DNA of 64,000 nt from Candidatus Delongbacteria bacterium (GCA_963663545.1 OY760505.1:224001-288000), one strand, 5' to 3'. Shown: positions 22,364 through 32,677, numbered from the stretch's first letter. Translations and numbers: made by a program. Notes: a model not told the origin generated them from the letters alone.

Positions 22364-25300
22364 TCAGCGTACCACCGCGCATTTTTTCATTTCCTTGAAA
22401 CTCCCCTCAGGACCGTTCACTTCCAGCTGGAAGTAATACGCACCGGGCGCGAGTTGTGTCACAGGCACATCCCATTCACTCCACGGGCCTGTGCCGGAAG
22501 CGATTGTGGTACTGTGTTCCATGCGTAACACACCGGCAGTGTCGTACACACGCAGCGAAACTACGAGCGGACCTGGCACCTGAAAGCGCAAGTGTGCGAG
22601 TGTGGACATGGGATTTGGCCACAGCACCACCTTGCGCAGACTGGCGGCGTCATTGACGCCCTCGCTGACCACGCCAGTGCCTGATGGACACTGTGATTCA
22701 TTACCCTCGGCACCTTGTTGTGTGTACACCAATCCGCCCAGATCCTGGACCAACCATCCCTCCAGGTGTCCATCGTCACCAACCGCACCCCAGGCGCCTG
22801 CACCGTCCGAGTCGATTGTATAAGCGAAAGCATTGGCGCTCCCGGTTGAGTGTATCACACGTGGCCAGGTACTACGCTGGTTCTGCTCATCGTAAACACT
22901 CAAACCACTGATACCAGAAGCCAGCAGCATGGCCATGTTGGCGCTTCCCGTCAAGAGCTGCAGCGGAGTCTCACTCAGCAGAAGTTCATCCAGCAGAATG
23001 CCATTCTGATCGTAGACGCGCACCTCTTCCCCTTCGCAGATCAGCAACTCAAGAGCCGCATCACCGCCGTACTGCACAGGCAGCGGATCGGCTCCAAGAT
23101 CCAGTTCCCGCAGAAGCTGATTGTTGCGGAAGAGCCAGAGGTGCCCTTGATCCGCCAAAACAACCGTCGCGGCGTCCTCGGTGTCCGAGGCAGAATTCCA
23201 TCCCAGGAGCTGGGCGTTACGGCTCAGGTTGCGTCCCAGATCCAGCGACTGGTTGCGACCACCAATCAATAGCAGCGGCGGCGTTGCATGTACCAATAAG
23301 GCCGGCTGACCACTTGTATCACGCGCGCCACAAAGCTGCACATCGGCTTCATCGGGAATCCCGCTCCAGCCCAGGCTGAATTGCTCGTCGAAGTCGAGGG
23401 CATCCAGCAACAGGAATTCACCATCGGCAATCAGGTAAAGCGCCGCCCCCGAATTGGTGATGGTTATCTGGGTTGTCTCCAGGAGGGGCAACAACGCGCG
23501 GATATCGGCCCCCAGGTCAATGGCATCCTCAAGCACAAAGAGCAGGCTGTCGCCCTGGGAATCCAATCGCCAGCGTCCCAGTTCGCCGTTGTGTGCGCTG
23601 AAGAGGTAATCGACACTCGCAAGCTGCAGATGGCGCAAGAACTCCACGCTCATTGCAGCACCCGGCAGAACACAGCGGTAGCCATCGCTGCGGGAGTACA
23701 TTCTAAGGCCACTTCCCCCAAGTTGAGCAGAATAGAGCTGATTGTTTTCGTCAGTGACACACAACAGCCGCAGACTGTCCGCCAGGCTGAACAGCTGACT
23801 GCGAACTTCACCTGAAGGACAAATAGGCTGTTGATTCCAGTCCGGGCGCAGATCATAGCTGACCTGGAAGCTCATTGTATCACCGGCCACCGTTAGCGGC
23901 GTGATACGAACTCCCGTCAGAGCCCCGTCGTTACTGTCGGAATCCGGCCAGGTGTCATAACCGTAACTGACCGCCGACAGATGTGAGTTGACAAAGCGCC
24001 AGTCGCGATTCCCCAGGTACCACGGGTCATTGCTGCTGCCCAGCGCCAGACCGTTTCGCGAATTCAGGAGTGTATACTCGACGCCGATGTCCTGAACCCC
24101 GTCACCTTCTTCCAGCCGGACGCCGGGGCGGTCGGGATTGTCATTCACGCGATTCTGCTGGATCAACTCGGCGCTGGTTGAGCGTGTATCCACGTGCCAG
24201 ATCAGCAAACCGGATCCGGGTAGATCATAATCCAGATCGCCCACTTCCACCAGCACACCCGTGCTATCACCGGAGAAGCTCATGTGATACAAGGAATCCA
24301 GATCGGCCTCGCGACCTTCGCGGTCCTTGCCCCAGGTCATGTTGTCGCCGTCGCGATCCCGCAGGCGACACTCAAGCAGCAGATACTCATTCTGGTTCAA
24401 CGGCACCTGATACACACGGGGCAAGGTGGATTCACTGCCCAGACTGGCGATGCTGACGGTTGTATCACGCTCCAGGCTGACCACATCATCCCAACCCAGC
24501 TGCATGCGGCTCCAGGCGCAAGGCAAGGCGGGAAGCAGGCCACGCCAATTGGCGCTTCCCTGATCCATCAAACCCCAGCTTCCGATGACCGTGCTTCCGT
24601 CTTCGCTATTGTACAGGTTGGGCAGGCCGATTACATGGCCGAACTGCAACGCCAGCAGTCCCCCCAGACCGTGCATGAAGTCTTCGTGGTTTTCGCTTTC
24701 GGGCGCGATGATGCAATTGGGCAACGCAAACAGCCCCGCCTCATCGTGAAGCTGCACCGCCATGGTGTCCAGTTCCAGAGAGGTAAAGTAGGCCGAAGGA
24801 ATATCGTGCGGCGTCGCGTCGTCGCCAAAATCCTGCCCCACACCCGCGTGGAAAATCACAAAGGCGTCAAAGCGCGGTGTACCCGTATCATCCAGGAAAC
24901 TCAGCTGCGGATCCGCATCTGCGGCCTCCCAACTGTCGCGCAGCAGATCGCCCAGCTGCTCGCCGCTGCGCTCGCTACTCATGTTCCAGTTGTAGTGCCA
25001 CATCGGGTGATCCAGCTGGTAACTGGCCGTGCTGCCGTGTGGCCAGACTTCCCACTCTAGTGCGAGGCGCCCCTCTGAGGCGCGGTCATAATAATGGGCG
25101 AGAAAGCGCAGCTGATCATCGAAGTAGAGCGAGTCGTGGGGCAGCGGATCGATGGCCCAAGGCTCTTCGAACTGAAAAGCGCTTTCAAAACTGCCATCGC
25201 CGGTCGTCGTATCCAGTGTATCACGGGAAAAAGCAACACGGATGGCAAGCAAACGCAGCGTGCCTGACACCGGACCCTCTCGCAGAGGAAGCTGGCCCGA

Positions 25301-25384
25301 ATGCGCAAGCGACTGTCCCGCGATCAACATTGATCCCAGGACAGTCGCCGGCAGTGCGCTCTTGCAGCTATGCAGGAGACGCAT
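22364..25384 (-). CDS. M6 (immune inhibitor A-like) protease-like protein with degenerate zinc motif and T9SS-type C-terminal domain
   Basis: IFHAGVG, LQFGHVIGLPNLY, WGLMDQGS, AWSRMQLGW and GLLIWHVD; CTD WPNP...VYDTAG...LAPGAYYFQL. Confidence 0.8.
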   Translation of the reverse strand: MRLLHSCKSALPATVLGSMLIAGQSLAHSGQLPLREGPVSGTLRLLAIRVAFSRDTLDTTTGDGSFESAFQFEEPWAIDPLPHDSLYFDDQLRFLAHYYDRASEGRLALEWEVWPHGSTASYQLDHPMWHYNWNMSSERSGEQLGDLLRDSWEAADADPQLSFLDDTGTPRFDAFVIFHAGVGQDFGDDATPHDIPSAYFTSLELDTMAVQLHDEAGLFALPNCIIAPESENHEDFMHGLGGLLALQFGHVIGLPNLYNSEDGSTVIGSWGLMDQGSANWRGLLPALPCAWSRMQLGWDDVVSLERDTTVSIASLGSESTLPRVYQVPLNQNEYLLLECRLRDRDGDNMTWGKDREGREADLDSLYHMSFSGDSTGVLVEVGDLDYDLPGSGLLIWHVDTRSTSAELIQQNRVNDNPDRPGVRLEEGDGVQDIGVEYTLLNSRNGLALGSSNDPWYLGNRDWRFVNSHLSAVSYGYDTWPDSDSNDGALTGVRITPLTVAGDTMSFQVSYDLRPDWNQQPICPSGEVRSQLFSLADSLRLLCVTDENNQLYSAQLGGSGLRMYSRSDGYRCVLPGAAMSVEFLRHLQLASVDYLFSAHNGELGRWRLDSQGDSLLFVLEDAIDLGADIRALLPLLETTQITITNSGAALYLIADGEFLLLDALDFDEQFSLGWSGIPDEADVQLCGARDTSGQPALLVHATPPLLLIGGRNQSLDLGRNLSRNAQLLGWNSASDTEDAATVVLADQGHLWLFRNNQLLRELDLGADPLPVQYGGDAALELLICEGEEVRVYDQNGILLDELLLSETPLQLLTGSANMAMLLASGISGLSVYDEQNQRSTWPRVIHSTGSANAFAYTIDSDGAGAWGAVGDDGHLEGWLVQDLGGLVYTQQGAEGNESQCPSGTGVVSEGVNDAASLRKVVLWPNPMSTLAHLRFQVPGPLVVSLRVYDTAGVLRMEHSTTIASGTGPWSEWDVPVTQLAPGAYYFQLEVNGPEGSFKEMKKCAVVR

Positions 25385-25392
25385 GAAGGCTC

Positions 25393-26625
25393 CTAGAAGG
25401 TGATACCCAACGAGTACCGCATGGTGCGGTCGCGCGGGGACTTATTGTCGGAGTTGACGCTGGCTTCGTAGCTGAAATCGAAGGCGAACATGTTCACCAG
25501 AATGGAAAAGCCGCTGGTGTACGATTTGATGGAACCTTCCATGTCGTTCAGATAACCCGCACGAACACCAAAGGCCATGTTGCCCAGGTTACCGGCCGAC
25601 TGGCTGCGATACCAATACTCGGCACCCATATTGTACAACCAGCTCTGGAACTCTTCCTTGGTACCATTGGGGAACCATGAAGTGAACATCGCCTTCATCA
25701 CGTTGTCCGTGGTGTAGTACTCGTCGTCCGGATCATCCAGCGTATGATCGTCGGCCATACCGTCACCATTTCCGTCGTAGTCATATCCGCCGGGCTCGTA
25801 ATCCCAGTAGTCACCCTGCTTGACCACGTAGTCCAGGCTGCGGTGGGTAAGCTCTTTGTTGATATCGAAAACGACGGTAACCTGATTGTTGGCATCGGCG
25901 TAGGGTGTCATCGCAAAACCAAACTTCAGGTTGGTGGGTAGCGGATCCGCCTGCGCCTCGTCCACATAACTGATTTCCGGACCGATGTTGGAGATATTGG
26001 CGCCCAGGTTCAAGGGAATATCCTTCAAGCCGAGGTACTCGGTCAAGGGAAGGCGCGCCTTCCACAGAATACCCAGATCAAGTCCGACGCTCCTGCCCAC
26101 GCCCGCTTCCTGATTACCCACCATGTGGCCCGATGCCAGATCGCTGTGGATGTACTTGAAACCGACACCGAAGGCCAGATCGGGATTGATCAGCGTACCG
26201 TAGGAAACACCAATCGAGAACTCACGGCTCTTGATCGTGCCCAGGTCCGAACCCGTCTCATCCGTGTAGGCCTGCTCACCCTCGTTCATGTAGACGATAT
26301 TGCCACCCACCGTACCCCCCAGGCTGGGCACGTAGGCGGAATAGGCCAGGAAATCGTAGAACAGATCATCCAGATTGAAGGCCGGTAGCCAGTCGGTGTG
26401 CATGAAGCGCAGGTCGCTGTTCTGCTGCCAGGCCAGACCGGCAGGATTCCACCAAGTCGCGCTGGCGTCGTCGGCAACGGCGACAAAGGCCTCTCCCATA
26501 CCGGCGGGACGTGATCCGGGGCTGATCAACAACCAAAGACAGGCTGCCTCGGATAACGCCGCGTGCGCCGTGTACGGCAGGGCCAGGGTCAGAGCCGCCA
26601 GTGCGGCCAGGCTTGTCTTCCTCAT
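25393..26625 (-). CDS. PorV/PorQ-family (FadL-like) T9SS outer-membrane barrel
   Basis: LLISPGSRPAGMGEAFVAVADDASATWWNPAG, NIGPEISY...DPLPTNLKFG, terminal YSLGITF. Confidence 0.85.
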   Translation of the reverse strand: MRKTSLAALAALTLALPYTAHAALSEAACLWLLISPGSRPAGMGEAFVAVADDASATWWNPAGLAWQQNSDLRFMHTDWLPAFNLDDLFYDFLAYSAYVPSLGGTVGGNIVYMNEGEQAYTDETGSDLGTIKSREFSIGVSYGTLINPDLAFGVGFKYIHSDLASGHMVGNQEAGVGRSVGLDLGILWKARLPLTEYLGLKDIPLNLGANISNIGPEISYVDEAQADPLPTNLKFGFAMTPYADANNQVTVVFDINKELTHRSLDYVVKQGDYWDYEPGGYDYDGNGDGMADDHTLDDPDDEYYTTDNVMKAMFTSWFPNGTKEEFQSWLYNMGAEYWYRSQSAGNLGNMAFGVRAGYLNDMEGSIKSYTSGFSILVNMFAFDFSYEASVNSDNKSPRDRTMRYSLGITF

Positions 26626-26965
26626 GTCACTCTCCTAAAAAGACCGATTGCTCAAAAATGCACAACACCCGAGCTTCGCCGGACATGCCGGACAGCGGAA
26701 GAGTCATAGTAGGATCCGGGTCCAAGACCACCGTGGCGTGCGCCTGCAAAATCATCGTATCCTGACAGAACAACTTCTGCTGATCGAAACAACAATTTAG
26801 CAAGCGTCGATAGCGGTCTCCATTGTGCGGGCGGTTTGCCGTACATAATTCGTCAGAACCGCCGTAACATAGCGCCCGGATACCTGCATGTCAAGCATTT
26901 AGGTGCAAATTCCTTACGCACCCGGGTATTGCCTACGTGACACAGTATCGGCAAAAACGGAATTC

Positions 26966-28450
26966 CTATTCGCCAGCCGCCTGATAAAGCGTGTCTACAG
27001 CACGCAATCTCCCAATGCTGCGCTCACGGCCAATCAGCTCGATCATCTCAAAAGCGCCCGGTCCTGCCGCCTGTCCTGAAAGCACCGTGCGACAACCATT
27101 GATCAGCAGACCATCCTTGACCTCGTGCTCACTGGCGAAGGCGCGCACGCATTCTTCGATGGCATCGGCCTCCCACGCGGGCAACTCGGCCAGTACACCG
27201 GCCAGCTGCGGCAGCAACTCGCGCAGCACGGGTTGCTTCAGCAGGTTCTTCTCCATCGGCTTGGTCTCAACGGGATACTCGTCGACGAAATAGGCGCGCA
27301 GACGCTCGGCGAAATCCAACAGGGTGAACATGCGCGTGCGGTGCGCGTTGAGCACCCGCAGAATGAAGGGCCGGTTCGCCTCCGCCCAGGCGGGTGTGAA
27401 CAGATCCGCGTCCAGCAGATAAGGAAGTGCGAGCTGCCAGAGCTCGTCGTCGGGCAGTTCGTTGATGTACTCGCTGTTCAGATGCAGCGCCTTTTTATCA
27501 GTCCACTCAAGCGGATTGCTCTCGCTGAAATTGAAGACCGCGTTGCTGCGGTTGATACGCGAGGGATCGAAGAGCTCGATCAGCTCCTCGGTGCGCAGGA
27601 ACTCGCGATCATCGCCGGGACTCCAGCCCAGGAGCGCCAGGTAATTGCGCATGGCCTCGGGCACAAAGCCCCGGTGCTGGTACGTGGTCAGGCTGACGAC
27701 TTCACCGTGAATGCGCTTGGACAGCTTTTTGCGCCCGGGCGCCATGATCAGCGGCAGGTGGCCGAACTTCGGCACGGCCCAGCCCATGGCCTGGTAAAGC
27801 AGAATCTGCTTGGGAGTATTGGACAGGTGGTCCTGACCGCGCACAATCGTTGTGACGCCCATGGTGTGGTCGTCGCAGGTAACACTGAGGTTGTAGAGCG
27901 GGCTGCCGTCGCTGCGTAGAATCACGAAATCCTCGATGGTGCTGCACTGAATGGTCTGCACGCCGTAGACCAAATCGGTCCAGCTCACACTCTGGCTGCG
28001 GTCTACGTTGAAGCGTAGTACGTATTCTTCGCCAGCGTCCAGCTTGGCCTGTATCTCTTCTTCGCTTAGTTCCAGGCAGGTCTTGTCGTAGAGCCAGTCT
28101 TCCTTGGCTTCTTCGTAAGCCTTGCGCTTTTCGGCAATGGTCTCGCGGCTGCAAAAGCAGCGGTAGGCGTGGCCCTTCTTCAGCAGGTCCTCAGCCACTT
28201 CGCGATGGTGGTCCGCATTCAGGCCTTGAAAGACCAGCTCGCCGTCGTGATCCAGGCCGAGCCAGTTCAGGCCGTCAATGATGCCCTGCACCATCTGGTC
28301 ACTGCCGCGGGCCTTGTCCGTGTCTTCGATACGCAGCACAAAACGACCGCCGGTCTTGCGCGCCAGCAGCCAGTTGAAGAGCGCCGTGCGAGCGCCGCCG
28401 ATGTGCAGGTAGCCGGTGGGGCTGGGGGCAAAGCGATAAGTCTCGCTCAT
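26966..28450 (-). CDS. gltX: Glutamyl-tRNA synthetase
   Basis: RFAPSPTGYLHIGG (HIGH) and KLSKR (KMSKS) motifs; full length with anticodon domain. Confidence 0.95.
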   Translation of the reverse strand: MSETYRFAPSPTGYLHIGGARTALFNWLLARKTGGRFVLRIEDTDKARGSDQMVQGIIDGLNWLGLDHDGELVFQGLNADHHREVAEDLLKKGHAYRCFCSRETIAEKRKAYEEAKEDWLYDKTCLELSEEEIQAKLDAGEEYVLRFNVDRSQSVSWTDLVYGVQTIQCSTIEDFVILRSDGSPLYNLSVTCDDHTMGVTTIVRGQDHLSNTPKQILLYQAMGWAVPKFGHLPLIMAPGRKKLSKRIHGEVVSLTTYQHRGFVPEAMRNYLALLGWSPGDDREFLRTEELIELFDPSRINRSNAVFNFSESNPLEWTDKKALHLNSEYINELPDDELWQLALPYLLDADLFTPAWAEANRPFILRVLNAHRTRMFTLLDFAERLRAYFVDEYPVETKPMEKNLLKQPVLRELLPQLAGVLAELPAWEADAIEECVRAFASEHEVKDGLLINGCRTVLSGQAAGPGAFEMIELIGRERSIGRLRAVDTLYQAAGE

Positions 28451-28558
28451 GAATTCCTCTTGGGTAGTCGTACATCACAAACTGTAAAGCCGAATAAGGT
28501 AGGATTCTACAGGCAAACTCGATGTGAAGCCCGCCGTGTATCACGCGGTGGAAAAAGT

Positions 28559-28590
28559 AAAAAGCCCGGTGCCCCGCAGGACACCGGACT
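28559..28590 (-). terminator. Intrinsic terminator after GDSL lipase
   Basis: Minus strand CCGGTGTC-CTGC-GGGGCACCGG hairpin followed by CTTTTT. Confidence 0.7.
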
Positions 28591-28614
28591 GAAAATGGCA
28601 AAGGGGAATCGGGA

Positions 28615-29937
28615 TCAGAGACCGCCGACAACACCCAACAGCTGGTTCACGTCATAGGGCTCGATGTTGAGGTTCCAGCCCTCGTTCATCTGCTCGACGA
28701 TGAAGGCCGTGATGCAGCCGTAACCAAGACTGGTGGGATGTACGCCATCCAGACTGAAGACGCCACCGGTAACAAACTCGGTCGTCAGGTTATGCGTGCC
28801 CACGGTGTAGCCGTCCGTCAGGATCTCATCGAAGAAAGTGGCCACATCCGCCAGAAGGATCGGTGCCAGGCCAAGTTCTACGCGCGCAAGATTGGCGTCA
28901 TCCACCGCAGCAGCCAGCGCCGCGTTGAAAGTTGCCTGGGCGCTTTCGGCAGCGGCCAACTCAGCGCTATCCAGTAACAGATATTCTGGCAGAGGATTCG
29001 CAGGATGAAGACCGAATGTACCCGTTGTGTCCGCACTCAACAAGGACTGGGCGGGAAGCAGGATGTAGTTGTCCGCGCCCTCGGCAATGGAGTATTGCGT
29101 GGGTATCATGGCGTCATCGTAAGCATAGACGAAAGGCTCTGTAATGCCCGCCGCAAGCTCCTTCGCGCGCATGATGGGCGTCACGTAGGTCACAAAGGGA
29201 ATGGCGGTGACAGCGGGGATATTGAGCACGACGACGTGTTCAACGCCCGCGAGACCAGCTGTCATGCTCTGTGCCAGAGCCGAGAACACGCCTTCATTGG
29301 TGATCTCAGCGTTGCCACCGGAGGTCACGAAGCCCAGTACGTCATTGTTGCCCAGCCAGACGGTCATGAAATCAGCACCGGAAGCCAGCGCCATCTCGAA
29401 CTGCGTCATGGTATCGGTCGCGGCAGTCCGGTAGCAGTTGGCGTAGGGGTTGCCAGCTCCGTAGGCCGAAAGCGACGCGCCCATGGCGAACTGCAACGTG
29501 ATGCCCGGAATGCCGAAGTTGCGCGGCGCGGCGAAACTCATGCCCTCTTGCGCACCGGTCAGATAAAGCAGATTGGCCTGATTCAGCGCACTATTGCTTA
29601 GCACAGGACTTCCCTCGGCATCGAAGCTCAGCACCATGTTGCCGCCGGTACCACTGCTGTTGACGCCGGTGTCCAGCATGCTCACCTGATCGAAATCGGT
29701 GATGCCCAGATGGCGCGCCAGCTGCGCGGGAAAGCTGTACTCGATGTGATCGGGGTTGCCCCAAGCGCCGCTCTGGTAGCCGGCGGTCAGGCTGTTGCCC
29801 AGTGATGCGTAATTCTGGAATGCAGCCAGGACACTGCTGCCGTCGTAACTCGGGCTGGACGGAATATCATCCTCGCTGCAGGCGCCAAGCAGCATCAGAC
29901 CGGCTGCCAGCGCGCTCATGGTGATGTATCGTTTCAT
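28615..29937 (-). CDS. SGNH/GDSL hydrolase lipoprotein
   Basis: Lipobox LLGAC; blocks LGNSLTAG, WLGNND and SLDGVHP. Confidence 0.88.
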   Translation of the reverse strand: MKRYITMSALAAGLMLLGACSEDDIPSSPSYDGSSVLAAFQNYASLGNSLTAGYQSGAWGNPDHIEYSFPAQLARHLGITDFDQVSMLDTGVNSSGTGGNMVLSFDAEGSPVLSNSALNQANLLYLTGAQEGMSFAAPRNFGIPGITLQFAMGASLSAYGAGNPYANCYRTAATDTMTQFEMALASGADFMTVWLGNNDVLGFVTSGGNAEITNEGVFSALAQSMTAGLAGVEHVVVLNIPAVTAIPFVTYVTPIMRAKELAAGITEPFVYAYDDAMIPTQYSIAEGADNYILLPAQSLLSADTTGTFGLHPANPLPEYLLLDSAELAAAESAQATFNAALAAAVDDANLARVELGLAPILLADVATFFDEILTDGYTVGTHNLTTEFVTGGVFSLDGVHPTSLGYGCITAFIVEQMNEGWNLNIEPYDVNQLLGVVGGL

Positions 29938-29948
29938 GCTTTACTCTC

Positions 29949-31214
29949 CTAGAAGCTCTTGCGCACACTGATGCCGAAAATGGGAATCGAGGCCTCGTAG
30001 GCGGCCGGCAGGTCTTCGAACGTGGACTGGCGATCCTGCTCCGTGATGTAGAGCGCAAATGCGTCCAGCCACAGACCCTCGGTGGCCTGCCAGGAAGCGC
30101 CCACGCTGAAGGAGTTGCGCACGGCGTCGGGCAGGCTGGGCTCGAGCTGCTCTTCGGGAACTGCCGCTGTCTCGTAGTAATAGCCAGCGCGCAGCTGCCA
30201 CTTGTCGGAAAGGTGATACTCAAGGCCTGTGCGGAAGGCGTAGGTGTCGTCGTAATTCTTGGGCAGAACCGTATCCTGCAGGTTGTCCGTGTTCTGCGCA
30301 AAGTCGAAGGCCAGCTCTTCGTAGTCGCTCCACTGCATGTAAACCACGTCGAAGCGCCAGATCAGCGGCTTGTACTTGATCTCGGTGCGGTACTCCAGCC
30401 CCACGATGACCACATCGGGAATGGCCACATCCACCTCTGCGGTAGTTTTGGGCAGCTGGCTGTTCAACACGGCCACGTGAGTGGGCTCGGTGACTTCGGA
30501 ATAATCGAAAGAGACATCGCCCTCGGCGGCCAGCGTGATCCCCGAACGGTAGCTGAGGCCAACGGTCAGCTTCTCGGTGGCATCCATCTGCAGACCCAGC
30601 GTGTAACCCAGTCCGCTGCCGTCGCCCTCGAGCTTCATATCCGCGTAGCTGTTGAAGGGCATCCCAAGGTAAACGTCCTTCGAAAGGTCCATGGTGCCAA
30701 ACATGTAGCTCAGACCCACGGCCAGACGAATGCGCTCGTTCACGCGATAGCCATACACGGGGTTCAGCGTGAAGGTGGTCAGCGTAATCTCTTCGCTGAC
30801 CTCACGGCCAACCCAATTCTCCTCGTACTTGGTGCCCAGACCCGCGTAGGAGAAAAAGCCCAGACCGACGGAGTGTTGCTCGTTCAAGCGCCAGGTCAAA
30901 TAGGCGTTGACCGGAGGAAAGATCTGCTCCTCGGCATCGACAGTCTGATACTCGGGACGGTCGGTGGGACCGGTAAACGTAGCCTTGGGGGCAATGACGC
31001 TGACGCCAAGCTCAAGGTTGACACCTTCCAGATCCGCAATGCCGGCCGGATTGTAAAAGATCGAAGCCGCCGACTGCGCGGCTCCATAGGCGCCCGCCGT
31101 ACCCATGGCGACACCGGACTGTTCGTGCAGTGCGAAAGCGGCCGCATGCGCATGCTGCGGAGCAAGGCTGGCTGCCAGTGCACAGAGCAAAATCGATTGA
31201 ATCCGTCGTTTCAT
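29949..31214 (-). CDS. FadL/OmpP1-family outer-membrane transporter
   Basis: Signal peptide, AAFALHEQS...SIFYNPAG hatch motif, PSLPDA, terminal Phe. Confidence 0.9.
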   Translation of the reverse strand: MKRRIQSILLCALAASLAPQHAHAAAFALHEQSGVAMGTAGAYGAAQSAASIFYNPAGIADLEGVNLELGVSVIAPKATFTGPTDRPEYQTVDAEEQIFPPVNAYLTWRLNEQHSVGLGFFSYAGLGTKYEENWVGREVSEEITLTTFTLNPVYGYRVNERIRLAVGLSYMFGTMDLSKDVYLGMPFNSYADMKLEGDGSGLGYTLGLQMDATEKLTVGLSYRSGITLAAEGDVSFDYSEVTEPTHVAVLNSQLPKTTAEVDVAIPDVVIVGLEYRTEIKYKPLIWRFDVVYMQWSDYEELAFDFAQNTDNLQDTVLPKNYDDTYAFRTGLEYHLSDKWQLRAGYYYETAAVPEEQLEPSLPDAVRNSFSVGASWQATEGLWLDAFALYITEQDRQSTFEDLPAAYEASIPIFGISVRKSF

Positions 31215-31297
31215 CCTAGTCCTCGCATTTCGGTCCGTGGGGACCGGACCATGAGACGTTCTATACGTGTGTAACTGTTTCTGGATTGTGCCCGGGG

Positions 31298-32350
31298 CTA
31301 TTCTTCCTGGAAGCGTTGCTGCTGGGCCTGCAGATGCGCGTCGTCCGGCTCCAGCTCCAATGCGCGCGCAATGGTCTGTTGTGCAGCGCTCCGTTTTCCG
31401 CTACGAAACTGCACCTCGGCCAGAGTATCCAGCACATTTGCGTCGTCGGGCGCAAGGCTGACCGCCTTCTCCGCCATTTGCAGGGCCTGCTGCAGATCCC
31501 AGCCCAAATCCGCCGCTGTCCAAGCAAAGCTGTTCAGCAGATCCGCATTCTCGGGATAATCCTTGACGGCACGCTCAAAGAGCACGCGCATTCGCTCATG
31601 CTCCTGCTCCCGCGCAGCCGTCCCAATTAGCATCAGATAAAGCTGCGGTCCAGCCTCAAGCCCCGGATAGCGGAGCAGCACTTCTTCGATACTGGTGGTG
31701 CTACCCTGCAAACGGAATTCCGCCATCGCCAATGCGGTCGCAGCCTCGGCTGCTGCACCGGTCTCATTCAACGGGTCCTGGTCGATAATTTCCGTCAGTA
31801 GCGCATGCGCATCGCGCGCCCGACCCCGCTCATCCAGCTTCTGTGCCACTTGCAGTTTCAGTGGCAGATCGTGGGGCGCCAGAGCCAGTGCTTCCTGCAT
31901 TGCGTCCAGAGTACCGATGCCGTTGCCGTAGTCGGTGAAGCGCTTGACGAATTCATCGCGCGGTAGGTATCCCACCAGTCGATCGATCTCGCTTCCGTCG
32001 GCGGCGACCAGAATCAGCGTAGGAAAAGCGCTGACATGAAAACGCTGCGCCAACTCCACACCTGCACCTTTTTCGGCGTCCACACTCAAGAGTAGGCGTT
32101 CTGCGGCAAAGGTCTGAAAGGCATCACTCGGAAAGACATCGGCTTCGATGCGACGACACCAACCGCACCATTCGGTACTAAAGTCGACAAGCATCTGTTT
32201 GTCCTCGCTGCGAGCGCGTTCAAAGGCTTGCTGCGGATCGGACATGAAGCCAAGCGGACTAAGATCCGTGGCAACGGCACTGAGGATACTGCCAAAGAAA
32301 ACAACCGCCAGTAGCGGCAAGGTGCGGATGCTGATCATGATGAACCTCAT
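31298..32350 (-). CDS. Exported thioredoxin-like (CxxC) protein with C-terminal TPR repeats
   Basis: WCGWC, AFPT cis-Pro loop, LNSFAW...LDTLAEV TPR motifs; exact start uncertain. Confidence 0.85.
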   Translation of the reverse strand: MRFIMISIRTLPLLAVVFFGSILSAVATDLSPLGFMSDPQQAFERARSEDKQMLVDFSTEWCGWCRRIEADVFPSDAFQTFAAERLLLSVDAEKGAGVELAQRFHVSAFPTLILVAADGSEIDRLVGYLPRDEFVKRFTDYGNGIGTLDAMQEALALAPHDLPLKLQVAQKLDERGRARDAHALLTEIIDQDPLNETGAAAEAATALAMAEFRLQGSTTSIEEVLLRYPGLEAGPQLYLMLIGTAAREQEHERMRVLFERAVKDYPENADLLNSFAWTAADLGWDLQQALQMAEKAVSLAPDDANVLDTLAEVQFRSGKRSAAQQTIARALELEPDDAHLQAQQQRFQEE

Positions 32351-32406
32351 TCAATAGAGACGGAAAAGGTAAGAAATCAGGAACGCGCAGCAAGTGAGGG
32401 CGTGTT

Positions 32407-32667
32407 AAAACTGAATCGAATGCTAATAAACGACGCAGCGATTCGTGGGATCAGGCTTGAGTGACCCGCGCAACCCTCGACCGGGCAGGAGGTAGCCAAT
32501 GCCAGAAGAACCTACCGTCAGTGAAGTTGGGCTGGATTCCGCTGAGAGCAGAACAGCGGCCCTCAGGCCGCCGCTCTCATCCCCCTCACTCCCCTTGCTG
32601 GGAGGCCCCTCCCCCAGAAACCAATACGGTGTTGCAAGTGGAGCCAGCTTATAGGTCACAATCTTGA
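32407..32667 (-). ncRNA. Candidate sigma54-dependent structured sRNA or long 5' leader (no family recognised)
   Basis: Lies just downstream of a perfect -24/-12 box; several hairpins; ends in a GAATCG/CGATTC stem followed by TTTT; no convincing ORF. Confidence 0.4.
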
Positions 32668-32677
32668 TTCAGAATAC

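Noticed and set aside
26640-26960. ncRNA or riboswitch upstream of the PorV-like gene
   Set aside because: No strong stems or recognisable motif; probably promoter and leader sequence.
28615-31214. FadL plus GDSL lipase pair as a novelty
   Set aside because: A familiar lipid-acquisition pairing in FCB bacteria; annotated as features only.
32388-32620. 6S RNA, SRP RNA, tmRNA or RNase P identity for the structured region
   Set aside because: Multi-hairpin rather than rod-shaped, and no signature sequences recognised; kept only as an unknown candidate.
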